From Methanotrichaceae archaeon (GTDB lineage: Archaea > Halobacteriota > Methanosarcinia > Methanotrichales > Methanotrichaceae), in contig CAVWIG010000017.1 of assembly GCA_963754945.1 (NCBI GenBank), positions 128,001-192,000 on the forward strand: a stretch of 64,000 nt of DNA, given 5' to 3'. Position numbers and translations under genes: made by a program. A model generated the notes under the pieces. That model did not search any database, was not told the origin of the DNA, and saw only the letters and a program-made list of their open reading frames with translations. This document shows, piece by piece, positions 9,506 through 20,035 of the stretch. Position 1 is the stretch's first letter. Every line of letters begins with the position of its first letter.

Positions 9506-10790
9506 GAGAGTTTCGAAAAACTAATCAATCGAAATACTTATATACTATTAATACTATAATATAATGCATGAGGACTCTCATTGATTTTGCCATTCGAGCA
9601 GAATATGCTCGAGTAAAAGCCCTCGGAGATGATCTATCCGAGATCGGATCGTTGATCAATTGGGAGCGTTTCAGATTTTTGGAACCATTGATATACAAAA
9701 ATAAAACTAGCCGCGGAGGTCGTCCGAACATTGACATCGTGATTATGGTGAAAGCTCTCGTAATTCAGCATTGGTTTGGTCTAACAGATCCAGAACTGGA
9801 GCGACAGGTTGCGGATAGGATCTCTTTTCGTATTTTCCTTGGCACCACTGAAGTAATTCCTGATTTCAGCACAGTTTGGCTATTCCGTGAACGTTTGATT
9901 AAGTGCGACGTATACGATGATCTTTGGAATGAGCTTCAAAGGCAGCTCGATGAGATGGGGTTTACTGTAAAGAATGGCACTATCCAGGATGCAACCTTCA
10001 TAACTTCGGACCCAGGTCGGAAGAGGAACAAGAAAGACGAGCAAGGCGGGGACAAAAAGGAAGGTCAAGATTCCGAAGCCACCAGTACGAGCCTGAATCA
10101 GGAGTTTGATAAAGAGCTAATTGGTATTTCAAATAATATTATTGATGACAAGGCCAAACCACAGAGACTCGAAGAAGAGCCAATAAATGAGGGAAGTTGG
10201 GCAAAAAAGGGTGTCAAATCCTTTTTCGGATATAAAGGTCATATCTCAATCGATACCAATTACCACCTTATCAGATATTTTGAGACTACAACTGCTTCTG
10301 TACACGATAGTCAGGTAGATCTTGGAATTGAAGGGCTACCACGTTACGCCGATAAGGGATATGATGGTGCAAAAACTCGAGGATATGATGCAGCCATGAA
10401 AAAAGCTACAAGAGGTCACAAGCTTGGAATCATAGATCTTCTGAGGAATAAGAGAATCAGTAAAACGCGATCGCACATCGAAAGATGCTTCGCTGTTATG
10501 AAGCGGGGGCATAAGGGAGCACATGTTTATGTAACAACTGTCGCAAGAGCTGGAGTAAAATTCATGATGAATTCGGTCGTTTACAACCTGGAACAGTTGA
10601 AATATTTAGTGCATAAACAAACAGCCTAGCGGAAGCTCTCTAAAAAAGCGCAAAAATTAGAAACAACAAGGTAAATTGAAATCTAATAAGCCAATTTAGG
10701 GGTGAAATATGCTAAAAAACCACTATAAAGATTGAAAATATTAACGCAAGAATTTAAGGCTTCATTAACCAACACTAAATCGAAACCCTC
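9506..10790 (+). mobile_element. IS5-family element, copy 1 (1285 bp)
   Basis: TIR GAGAGTTTCGA / TCGAAACCCTC; 4-bp TSD TTTA on both sides. Confidence 0.93.
9568..10629 (+). CDS. IS5-family transposase
   Basis: GGRP, DRISFR.FLG, IQDATF, FGYKGH, ADKGY and R..IE..F motifs; ORF intact. Confidence 0.93.
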   Translation: MRTLIDFAIRAEYARVKALGDDLSEIGSLINWERFRFLEPLIYKNKTSRGGRPNIDIVIMVKALVIQHWFGLTDPELERQVADRISFRIFLGTTEVIPDFSTVWLFRERLIKCDVYDDLWNELQRQLDEMGFTVKNGTIQDATFITSDPGRKRNKKDEQGGDKKEGQDSEATSTSLNQEFDKELIGISNNIIDDKAKPQRLEEEPINEGSWAKKGVKSFFGYKGHISIDTNYHLIRYFETTTASVHDSQVDLGIEGLPRYADKGYDGAKTRGYDAAMKKATRGHKLGIIDLLRNKRISKTRSHIERCFAVMKRGHKGAHVYVTTVARAGVKFMMNSVVYNLEQLKYLVHKQTA

Positions 10791-12889
10791 TTTAGCCTGG
10801 GGGAAGATGGTGCCAACAGCCTTGTAATATTCTGACCCCGCGGCGATGGCGATCTTAAGGTCTTTCATCTTTACAACATTATCAAGCTTCTCGAAGTCAT
10901 TTTTTCTGTAATCCTCGGTTACTAAGGCTAGATGAAGGTCAATATAGGGTGATGTAAACCTGCCCATTCCTATCATTCCCGGAACCAGAGGTACACCGGC
11001 CATAATTATGTCACAGCTACCGTTGTTGACCGAGTCGTACTCAGTTCTCCGATTTACTGGCACGAATTCTATCCTGGATACATTCAGGATCTCTGCCAGA
11101 TCATAGGCCATATGGATATCATAGCCTACTAGCTCGCCGTATTTATTTAAGAAGGCAAAAGGCATGATATCCGGAACATATCCAACCCGCAGGACATTTC
11201 TGCTCTTAATCTTCGCCATTAGGTTGCCGTTTTCCAGGGCATTCGGTTTATATGGAACTCTAGGGACATCAGAGAAGTTTTTGTAGACCTTAGTCTCGAC
11301 GATCTGATCGATACTCTTTCCATTGGTGTCCAAGGGCATCTTCATGCTCAAAATGGTCTCATACCCCTGTGAAGAATTACCCAGCATAGTGGCGAACCAC
11401 AGCCTGAGTCCAAGGACAACAGAAGATAGAATCACAAGCACTATAATTATCGAGAAAAGAGCCCTCCTAAATCTTAGCCCGCCGCACCCTGTGAGGAAAG
11501 CTGTGCAGATGGTGGAGAAGGAAAAGATGGCCATGCATGTCAGAGATGTGGCGAAGTAAATGGTGAACGGGTTGGATATGATAAATAGCTGCATAGCATC
11601 TGAAGGTAGATGGGTCATTTGAAGAAGGAATTGAAGGGCTAGCTTGGAGGAGCCAAAGAAGCTGGGCACACCAACCACAGCTAGATTGACCTGATCTTTA
11701 AGCCCAAGTGGATTGTTGTAGTACCAGCCTGTGAACAGAACAAATAGCAGGACCATGAAATCCCCCATTGGCGGAAAGCTGTAGGCTAGAGGGACTAAAA
11801 CTCCGCTGTACGACCTAGCCTTCTCCTCGGTCCGAGGCTCCTTAAACAGGTTAGCAACGCCCTCTGATAATAAGGGCAAAGTGATGAAGACCAGGGCTGT
11901 GGAAAATGCCAGTATGACCGCTTTATTTGCAGCCGAAAGTATTTCTCTATAACCAAAGGGGGTAAGGCTGTACACTAACAGAGGTAGAACAAGAAGAATC
12001 AATAAAACTGAAAGAACTACTGCGGATATTAAGTAGACCTGGATTTGAAGGAGCTGCGTTAAGGTGATGGATCCTGTCGTGTTTGCCGTGATAACAAAAA
12101 TGCCCAAGGGAGCGATCTTTATCAGCAGGTTAGTTATTTTAGAGAGAGTAGAAGAGAGACCTTTAAGCAGTTCAACAAAAGGCTTGTTCCTTTCATCCCC
12201 AATTAAGGCAAATCCGATCAACAGGCAGAATAGAACGATGCCCGGCATGAGCCCTTCCGAAAGGGATTTGAACGGGTTGGATGGAATGAAAAGTTCGATA
12301 AGATCGGTCCCATTTGCAGTCGAGAGCTGAGTGGTGCTGAAAAAAGAGGTGTTTTGCACATAGGGAAATGCGAACTGCATGAAGGAGAAGATTGCCACTC
12401 CTAAAGACCACATCATCAGCATGATCAATGCTGCTTTTTTGAGGAATTCCTTAGCATCAGCCTGATTAATGCTGCCGATACCTGTGATAATAAAGATCAC
12501 GACTGAAGGTAAGACAGTAACCTGCATCAGCTTGATGAAGGTCGTCCCTATGGGAGCCAGAATATGAGCTCTTTCCCCAAAGAACAGTCCGCAGATGGCT
12601 CCTGCGATGAGGCTTGCGAAGACCTGTGCTGCAAAGCTTAGCTTGGGTGAATCCATCTTGCTGCCTCAGAATGTCTTATCTCAAGACGAATTGCTTGCAA
12701 CCTTCGCCCCACTCAGGGAAGGCGCCGGACACATCTAATATTTAGTTACAATAGACCTGCCAGCTAACGAATCCAGATTGCAATAAGGTCTACTAGTTCA
12801 GTCGAGATCATTGCTCAATGAATATTGAGTTTACGGTCCCCCCAAAAAAGCCATACTCATAAGTTCTGGAAGCCTAGTGCACCATAACA

Positions 12890-14157
12890 TTAATTTTGCA
12901 AATTAATATAATGCCTGTTTAGCTTTAATCTTGCATCATTCTTCGTGAATTTCCATCTTACAGTAGTTTTTTTTGCGTTACGTTCTTGTGCCCACACCGA
13001 AGCCTCTTTGGTTAAAGTATCGATGTCTCCAATCCGACGATCGAGGCATTGCTTCGATAGGGCTGAGAGTTCTATCTCAGCCATGTTGAGCCAGCTACCT
13101 TTCTTTGGCGTATAATAATATTCGAACTCCTTAGCCAGCTCAAACGCCTCTTCAGGCGCAAAAGCATTATAAAATGAGCCTGAAGTATGCGTATTGAGAT
13201 TATCCTGGACCAATCGAATGGATTCTACACCTGGATATTGCTGGGTAAGTTCTTTCATGAAATGGGCGTAGTCCACCCTTGTCCTGTGCTCCATGACACG
13301 AATCATTCTTTTTCCTGCATGAAGATCAAAAGCAATAAGGATGCAACATGTCCCGTTACGGACGTATTCATAATGCACCTTCTTCGGACTGCCTGGTTTC
13401 ATGGGTATAGGCACTAAGACATCGCCTATCAGTTGGCATGGCCTCTCGTCGAAACAAACCACAGGATGCCTCGGATCATATGGTTGCTCGTACAGAGTTA
13501 ATACATTTTCCATGTTCCAGATATATTCGCTCGTCATGCTCCCTATGCACCATCGCTGTTTGAGCCATGGCTTTATTTTTATCGTAATACCCCGATGCTT
13601 GCATCGGGGATAAAGGGCATCCGTGTCCGACTTAGGAATTGATCAGATCGATTTAGTATCAACTTCATGCGGCGGCGCCTCGCATGCCCCGCCTGCTTGC
13701 AGCGGGGTGCGCCGCCGCCGTTTGACTTCATTTTTTTTAACGCTCTGCAAACGCTCATTCCTGAGATCGAGTCCACTTCCCCCAGCTCAACAAGCTTGTC
13801 GGCCAATAGATTCAGCGTCCATCTCGATCTGCCTTCAGGCGGATCTGAGCAAGCAATGCCGGTCAGTTTAGCCTCAACTCGTGCATCTATCTTCGGAGGC
13901 GCTCCACTGCGAGATCTTTCATTCAATGCAGATTCCAGGCCACCCTCGAAATATCTATTTCTTATCCTCACTATTGTCGTTCTGCTCGCCTTCAATGCAT
14001 CAATGATCTCCGCATCGGATTGCCCTCCATCGGCCAGGAGCAGTATTCTTGCGCGAGTTAAACTCCTTGCAGACGACTTCCCACGACGGATGTACTGGTT
14101 CAACTCTTCTCGTTCTTTCTCTTCCAGTTTCACACAGAATATTGTTTTTCTTGCCAC
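12890..14157 (-). pseudogene. IS630 transposase (orfA HTH + orfB DDE joined by -1 frameshift at A8), disrupted by MITE
   Basis: orfA has RARILLLAD and RWTLNLLAD; orfB has FDE, DNL.TH and SWLNMAEIE. Deleting 13577-13726 restores TTA AAA AAA ATG AAA TAA, and the -1 frame reads NEIKPW. Confidence 0.9.
13577..13726 (+). mobile_element. 150-bp non-autonomous IS200/IS605-type palindromic element (MITE/PATE-like)
   Basis: Inserted 3' of TTTAT with no TSD. Left hairpin CCCCGATGC-TT-GCATCGGGG; GC-rich right hairpin ending TTTGAC; 25 nt identical to the right end of the tnpA element at 50266-50857. Confidence 0.9.
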
Positions 14158-14208
14158 GATCTATATTCTAGACCTTTTATAAGATTTAAAACTTGCGTTA
14201 TGGTGCAC

Positions 14209-14708
14209 TAGGGGATAACTTAGTAGCGATCAGGCATGCTGCCCAATACAAAGCAGGTCTGATTAATGCCGCCGCCATAAAGCTGTATACGAGTTATAAA
14301 GAAGGCGAGATGATTCAGATCCTGGCTAGCACTGATTATCATGCCTGCTGCAACGCTTTACATAAACTCGTCCCGCACATGCGTCATAAAGGGTTGCTGA
14401 GAGAAGGAATGATAGGCAATGCTCATTCTATCCTAGTCGATACCAAGGAAGCGCTTGATGCCATGACGGAAGTCTTGGTAAGGAACCCCGCGCTGACACT
14501 CTGCGATGAGATCTCATGCGTATGGTGCAGGGAACTGGAGCGAAATTTGGAGCTTTACGATTCAATAGAAGACCCAAAGATATTTCAGGGCAACGTGATT
14601 CTAAGGGAACTCTTGAAGATGATCAATGCTCGCCGCATGAGTGGTTCAGATAATGCAGAGAGGGTTATGGGCATAGTCAAGAGAGCATACCGTATTTGGC
14701 AGGCGTGA
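14209..14708 (+). pseudogene. Hypothetical protein whose 5' end is cut by the IS630
   Basis: The open frame continues across the reconstructed CTAG target (PKKAILISSGS|LGDNLVAIRH...). No recognisable domain. Confidence 0.4.
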
Positions 14709-14946
14709 TGCGAAAATTATATGTGCCGGCTGTGGTGCCGGAGTAGCTCTGCAGATGTGGTGGACCTTCAACGCCGCAGGTTCAGTTTGTGGTTGAGGTG
14801 GGCCCTTGACGAACATCTCATTCGGGGCTAACGGGGCTTTGAATGACTTGGTATGAAGAGGGACAGAGGGAGAAATTCGAAGTCCATACTAAAGGCTGAA
14901 CGGTTTGGAGGATTAAAGGGCAAGCTGGACGCGGACTTGTACCGTA

Positions 14947-15510
14947 CTATATCGGCATCCCCCACATGGGATACCACTTAGCTTCATCCTTTTCGATTGG
15001 CAGCTCTCTAGCCATCACCGACTTCAGCCTGAACTCTAAGGATGTGTTCCTCTGCTGGTTGCCGCTAGGCACGAATGGATAGTATGAGCCAAGCTTGAAA
15101 TTGTAAATCCAGTAAACGGTATTCTCGCCCTTGAAGCGGTATACAGCGGCTAAAAGTTGGGTGCCGAATCCCTGCTCCATCAGGATCTGGCTCACCATCT
15201 GGATGTTCGTAACCAGGTCGTCGAAGTCCTTGTCCTTCAGAACTACCCAGACGTAGTTGAACTCGTCCTTCTGGATACTGTACTCGGTTCCTGTCTCCTT
15301 GAAGCTGAGCTTTAGGAGATCCTCGACTTCAGCACGAGCTGCTTCGTATCTGGACGAATCCATTGGCTTGATGCACACCGCTGCTGCGCCATCGGGCCGC
15401 AGGCCCAGGTTTGCCTCAAGAGTTATGGCAGCGGTTGAAATGGCAAAGAGCTTATCCGTCTTTGCCTCGGGCAGCTTGGTCTTTCCGAGGATTGAGTCGA
15501 GGAAGCCCAT
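14947..15510 (-). CDS. pspAB: PspA-associated protein PspAB family
   Basis: MGFLDSILG...LFAISTAA, D.FNYVWVVL, GFGTQLL and YPFVP...W.P.WG.P; directly follows htpX. Confidence 0.75.
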   Translation of the reverse strand: MGFLDSILGKTKLPEAKTDKLFAISTAAITLEANLGLRPDGAAAVCIKPMDSSRYEAARAEVEDLLKLSFKETGTEYSIQKDEFNYVWVVLKDKDFDDLVTNIQMVSQILMEQGFGTQLLAAVYRFKGENTVYWIYNFKLGSYYPFVPSGNQQRNTSLEFRLKSVMARELPIEKDEAKWYPMWGMPI

Positions 15511-15511
15511 C

Positions 15512-16393
15512 TCAGGCCTCCAGCTCCTTCTCTAACCGCTCCAGGGCTGCGATCCTGGCCTCCGTCGATGGATGGGTGGAGAACAGGTTCCAGACGGAAG
15601 AGCCTGAGATGGCAGGCACTATGAATAGAGCCCTGACAGGTCCTTCCACCTTTCGCAGGTCCTGGGTCGGTACTTTGTAGCCGCTTATCTTCATCAGTGC
15701 CGAAGCCAGATTGGATGGCTGACCTGTGATTATGGCCGAGCCCCTGTCAGCCGCAAACTCGCGGTACCTGGACAGAGCCATTATGAGGATGTAGCTAACT
15801 ATCCAGACCACCAGGGAGACCAGGAACATGACTATGAAGCTGTCTCCCCCGTTCCTGTCGCGCTGGTTTCCTCCACCGAAGAAAGGCAGCCACCGAACCA
15901 GGAGCATGGCCACCGAGGACAGGAAGGTTGCTATGGTCATCACCATCATATCCCTGTTCTTCACGTGGGTCAGCTCATGGGCCAGAACAGCCTCAAGCTC
16001 ACTTCTGTTGAGCTGATTCATTATGCCGGTTGTAACCGCCACCACGGCGTTTTTCTGATTCCGGCCTGTAGCGAAGGCATTGGGCATGCTGGTGTTCACT
16101 ATTGCGATCTTCGGCATGGGCAGGTTGGCTATGGCGCACAGCCTCGACACAATCTGGTGAAGCTCAGGAGCCTCGCTCTCCGAGACCATCTTGGCTCCCA
16201 TGGACATCAGGATCATCTTATCCGAAAAGAAGTACTGCAGGAACATGAATCCGCCCATGAACAGGACTATCCCCACACTGCCGGTACCCCTGGCCAACAA
16301 GAAAGCCAGAAACGCCAGATAGATCACTGCCAGGAGTATCATGGTAATGAACATCCTGGCCTCAAGCCCAAGATCGGATTTCCATTTTCTCAT
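15512..16393 (-). CDS. htpX: Zinc metalloprotease HtpX
   Basis: PNAFATGR, AHELTH, SRYREFAADRG and FSTHP motifs. Confidence 0.93.
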   Translation of the reverse strand: MRKWKSDLGLEARMFITMILLAVIYLAFLAFLLARGTGSVGIVLFMGGFMFLQYFFSDKMILMSMGAKMVSESEAPELHQIVSRLCAIANLPMPKIAIVNTSMPNAFATGRNQKNAVVAVTTGIMNQLNRSELEAVLAHELTHVKNRDMMVMTIATFLSSVAMLLVRWLPFFGGGNQRDRNGGDSFIVMFLVSLVVWIVSYILIMALSRYREFAADRGSAIITGQPSNLASALMKISGYKVPTQDLRKVEGPVRALFIVPAISGSSVWNLFSTHPSTEARIAALERLEKELEA

Positions 16394-16748
16394 ATATTCT
16401 TAACACCTTTAATTTCTGCTAAGCTATCTCTTCTAATCCTTAGTTACGTCTCTTATCGGGTCCTTTCTCTTATGACGTTATTAGGTAAGACGTTTCTAGG
16501 ATATTATCTTTCTCGCTAACTGTTGTAGTACAGGCAATGTAACTCATCTTTCAGAACCACTTGACTGCCTCGTTGACTTGGTCTTCAATCAATGCATACA
16601 ATGCATACGGTTGCTCGAAAGGTCCTCCAAGAGCAATGTGGAGAAGGGATGAAATAAAATAGTTGAAGATAAAATATTTGAAGATACAGAGATAATAGTA
16701 GATAGCTCTAAAAGTAACGCAAAATCAAAATCATTTGAGGCGGTATAA

Positions 16749-17183
16749 ATGGTACAGGCAAAGGAAGGAGACACTGTAAAGGTCCACTACACGGGCAAGT
16801 TTAAGAACGGCACAGCCTTTGACTCATCCGCTGGAGCAGACCCACTGGAGTTCAAAATAGGGTCTGGCCGTCTGATCCCTGGTTTCGAAGAGGCTGTAGT
16901 AGGTATGAGCCCCGGAGAATCCAAGACAGCGAACATCCCGGCAGAGAAGGGCTACGGGCGATATCAAGAGGACCGCGTAATAAATGTAGACCGAACGGAC
17001 ATGCCTCCGGAAGTCGAGCCTGAGATTGGCATGACCCTGGAGGTCTGCGGCCCTAAAGGACAGGTGATTCCCGTTGAGGTCACCGATATCCAAGGCACAA
17101 CGGTTACCCTGGATGCCAACCATCCCCTGGCCGAGCAGGACCTGATATTTGATATTCAGCTTATCGAAATTGTCTCCGAATAA
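16749..17183 (+). CDS. FKBP-type peptidyl-prolyl isomerase (SlyD-like)
   Basis: VHYTG, FDSS, LIPGFEEA and DANHPLA motifs. Confidence 0.92.
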   Translation: MVQAKEGDTVKVHYTGKFKNGTAFDSSAGADPLEFKIGSGRLIPGFEEAVVGMSPGESKTANIPAEKGYGRYQEDRVINVDRTDMPPEVEPEIGMTLEVCGPKGQVIPVEVTDIQGTTVTLDANHPLAEQDLIFDIQLIEIVSE

Positions 17184-17487
17184 CAAAGCAATTGATATAA
17201 GCAATTAAAATAAACCCTTCTGAGGTAGTATCAGAAGGGTGACTCAAATTCTTTCATAGCGGCCTCACTGGCATCTATGATTGGGAACTCTTCTTTTCTT
17301 GTTCCGGGCAATTTTGGCTTGCTTTTGCTGGCTATATTGAAGGTTAAGCTCAGCATTAATCTCGGAAAGGCTGGATGGATGATTATGTCAAAGGGGAGTG
17401 TGCGACGTTTGCCCATTTCCATTTTTCGAGTCTAATCGCACCTTGAAGACGTGAGTACAGCCTTAATAGAATTGCAAAGGATGCAAT

Positions 17488-17733
17488 TCACTGGACTTTT
17501 TTCAAGTCTTCCTTCATCTGCATGTACTGCTCTCTGGTCAGCTCTCCCTTTGCATACCTCTCAGCCAGAATATTCTCTGCACCTGCGCCTCTGCTGGGCG
17601 CTAAGATCCTCTCGCTTTTGATCAGCTTGTAGACAAAATATGCTACCACTATCAGGAATATCAGCCAAATTAAACCCATCCCGAATCCCATGAAAGGATA
17701 CGAGCCCATGTGATAATACGGCATTTTGCTCAC
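17488..17733 (-). CDS. SHOCT domain membrane protein
   Basis: Met/Gly-rich N-terminus, TM helix and ILAERYAKGELTREQY; GAGGTGA RBS. Confidence 0.85.
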   Translation of the reverse strand: MSKMPYYHMGSYPFMGFGMGLIWLIFLIVVAYFVYKLIKSERILAPSRGAGAENILAERYAKGELTREQYMQMKEDLKKVQ

Positions 17734-18009
17734 CTCTTAATCTGAGTTTTCAAAGGATCTTATAGGTGCTAAAACGATATAAGGACGTGGTACGGGCCTT
17801 CAAGTATCGCTTGTTGCTTTTCTCAAAGGGACTCAAATTCGTTCGTAGCGGCCGATCCGAGCAGAGGCGATAAAATGGGTAGAATATGAACACTGGTTTG
17901 ATGAGCCACCATTTCCGGCTTTGTGACATTAATGGGCAGGAAGATTCAAGGCTAGAGCGGTTGGTTGATCTCAGGGGCATCGTATTCGTAGAACGAAAAG
18001 ATAAGTATC

Positions 18010-18312
18010 CTAATCCTCCACGCAGTTGACAATCGCAATATATACTTTAACGAGATTGGCATCCTTAACAATCACGAAAGAGTCATCAAGCGTTATCCTA
18101 AGACTATCCTCGGTTTCACGACTTATTTTAAATCCCTCTGCGTGAAGCGATCCTTTGAATCCAGCGAGCTTGTTTGCTCGCATTAATATATCAAGTGGCC
18201 CCAACAATCTCTTATCTTTGAGTGTTATGGCTTGCCCGGTGCTGGGATTCTCGATTTCAATGCATCCATTTGGCAGATCTTCAATAATTAAGTCCTCGCC
18301 AATATTGTTCAA
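18010..18312 (-). CDS. Hypothetical protein
   Basis: 100-aa ORF with a GGAGG RBS before TTG; no motif recognised. Confidence 0.5.
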   Translation of the reverse strand: MNNIGEDLIIEDLPNGCIEIENPSTGQAITLKDKRLLGPLDILMRANKLAGFKGSLHAEGFKISRETEDSLRITLDDSFVIVKDANLVKVYIAIVNCVED

Positions 18313-18750
18313 TCTTCCTCCCCGTATAATTCAATTAATCTCTGTGGGATGAGATAATAACTTTTCTCAATGCCCAAAGGATGCCGAAAACTAAACGATC
18401 AATTCTAGCTGAATATTCATCCTCGCACGTAATCTTAATTTTGCCCATCTGACAAATTATGCTGATAATAAGGATACATTTAAGCGGAAGCTCTGTAGTA
18501 TTCTCATAGTCTATGGATGAATGATTTTAGCAAAAAACACCCTGCGTGCATGCAACCTGCAAGAATTCACCCGCTTTTTTCGGCTATTACTTGATAGGCC
18601 ATAATCGCTTCTGGCAACTGGCCATCACATTACTTTGTGGAATGACTTATCTGACAATTATCCGTTATCGATTGGTCCGTATTGGCCAAAACTAAATGCG
18701 CTGTGGAACCTGGAGCTAAACCCATGCTCACGGCATCAAACAATAAATAA

Positions 18751-20035
18751 GAGAGTTTCGAAAAACTAATCAATCGAAATACTTATATACTATTAATACT
18801 ATAATATAATGCATGAGGACTCTCATTGATTTTGCCATTCGAGCAGAATATGCTCGAGTAAAAGCCCTCGGAGATGATCTATCCGAGATCGGATCGTTGA
18901 TCAATTGGGAGCGTTTCAGATTTTTGGAACCATTGATATACAAAAATAAAACTAGCCGCGGAGGTCGTCCGAACATTGACATCGTGATTATGGTGAAAGC
19001 TCTCGTAATTCAGCATTGGTTTGGTCTAACAGATCCAGAACTGGAGCGACAGGTTGCGGATAGGATCTCTTTTCGTATTTTCCTTGGCACCACTGAAGTA
19101 ATTCCTGATTTCAGCACAGTTTGGCTATTCCGTGAACGTTTGATTAAGTGCGACGTATACGATGATCTTTGGAATGAGCTTCAAAGGCAGCTCGATGAGA
19201 TGGGGTTTACTGTAAAGAATGGCACTATCCAGGATGCAACCTTCATAACTTCGGACCCAGGTCGGAAGAGGAACAAGAAAGACGAGCAAGGCGGGGACAA
19301 AAAGGAAGGTCAAGATTCCGAAGCCACCAGTACGAGCCTGAATCAGGAGTTTGATAAAGAGCTAATTGGTATTTCAAATAATATTATTGATGACAAGGCC
19401 AAACCACAGAGACTCGAAGAAGAGCCAATAAATGAGGGAAGTTGGGCAAAAAAGGGTGTCAAATCCTTTTTCGGATATAAAGGTCATATCTCAATCGATA
19501 CCAATTACCACCTTATCAGATATTTTGAGACTACAACTGCTTCTGTACACGATAGTCAGGTAGATCTTGGAATTGAAGGGCTACCACGTTACGCCGATAA
19601 GGGATATGATGGTGCAAAAACTCGAGGATATGATGCAGCCATGAAAAAAGCTACAAGAGGTCACAAGCTTGGAATCATAGATCTTCTGAGGAATAAGAGA
19701 ATCAGTAAAACGCGATCGCACATCGAAAGATGCTTCGCTGTTATGAAGCGGGGGCATAAGGGAGCACATGTTTATGTAACAACTGTCGCAAGAGCTGGAG
19801 TAAAATTCATGATGAATTCGGTCGTTTACAACCTGGAACAGTTGAAATATTTAGTGCATAAACAAACAGCCTAGCGGAAGCTCTCTAAAAAAGCGCAAAA
19901 ATTAGAAACAACAAGGTAAATTGAAATCTAATAAGCCAATTTAGGGGTGAAATATGCTAAAAAACCACTATAAAGATTGAAAATATTAACGCAAGAATTT
20001 AAGGCTTCATTAACCAACACTAAATCGAAACCCTC
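18751..20035 (+). mobile_element. IS5-family element, copy 2 (1285 bp, appears identical to copy 1)
   Basis: Same TIRs, length and protein as copy 1; flanks ATAA / ATAG are not a perfect TSD. Confidence 0.93.
18813..19874 (+). CDS. IS5-family transposase
   Basis: 353-aa protein identical to 9568..10629. Confidence 0.93.
   Translation: MRTLIDFAIRAEYARVKALGDDLSEIGSLINWERFRFLEPLIYKNKTSRGGRPNIDIVIMVKALVIQHWFGLTDPELERQVADRISFRIFLGTTEVIPDFSTVWLFRERLIKCDVYDDLWNELQRQLDEMGFTVKNGTIQDATFITSDPGRKRNKKDEQGGDKKEGQDSEATSTSLNQEFDKELIGISNNIIDDKAKPQRLEEEPINEGSWAKKGVKSFFGYKGHISIDTNYHLIRYFETTTASVHDSQVDLGIEGLPRYADKGYDGAKTRGYDAAMKKATRGHKLGIIDLLRNKRISKTRSHIERCFAVMKRGHKGAHVYVTTVARAGVKFMMNSVVYNLEQLKYLVHKQTA

Larger units (their letters stand above)
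9166..12656 (-). pseudogene. Dicarboxylate/amino acid:cation symporter fused to a family-3 substrate-binding domain, interrupted by IS5
   Basis: DAACS motifs (LFIPSNPF, AFST) are followed by LRVGY..PFAF..GYDI. Removing the IS and one TTTA gives in-frame IFPQAK|VIPLDHP and a 733-aa product. Confidence 0.85.
12877..14208 (-). mobile_element. IS630-family element carrying a nested 150-bp insertion
   Basis: TIR GTGCACCATAAC at both ends; TA duplication within CTAG. Confidence 0.92.

Noticed and set aside
14947-16393. Complete archaeal Psp operon
   Set aside because: Only htpX-pspAB are present; no pspA/pspAA is visible upstream, and the pair itself is a known arrangement.
9506-20035. Composite transposon bounded by the two matching IS5 copies
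   Set aside because: Copy 1 has its own TTTA TSD inside a restorable gene and the outer flanks do not match, so these are independent insertions.
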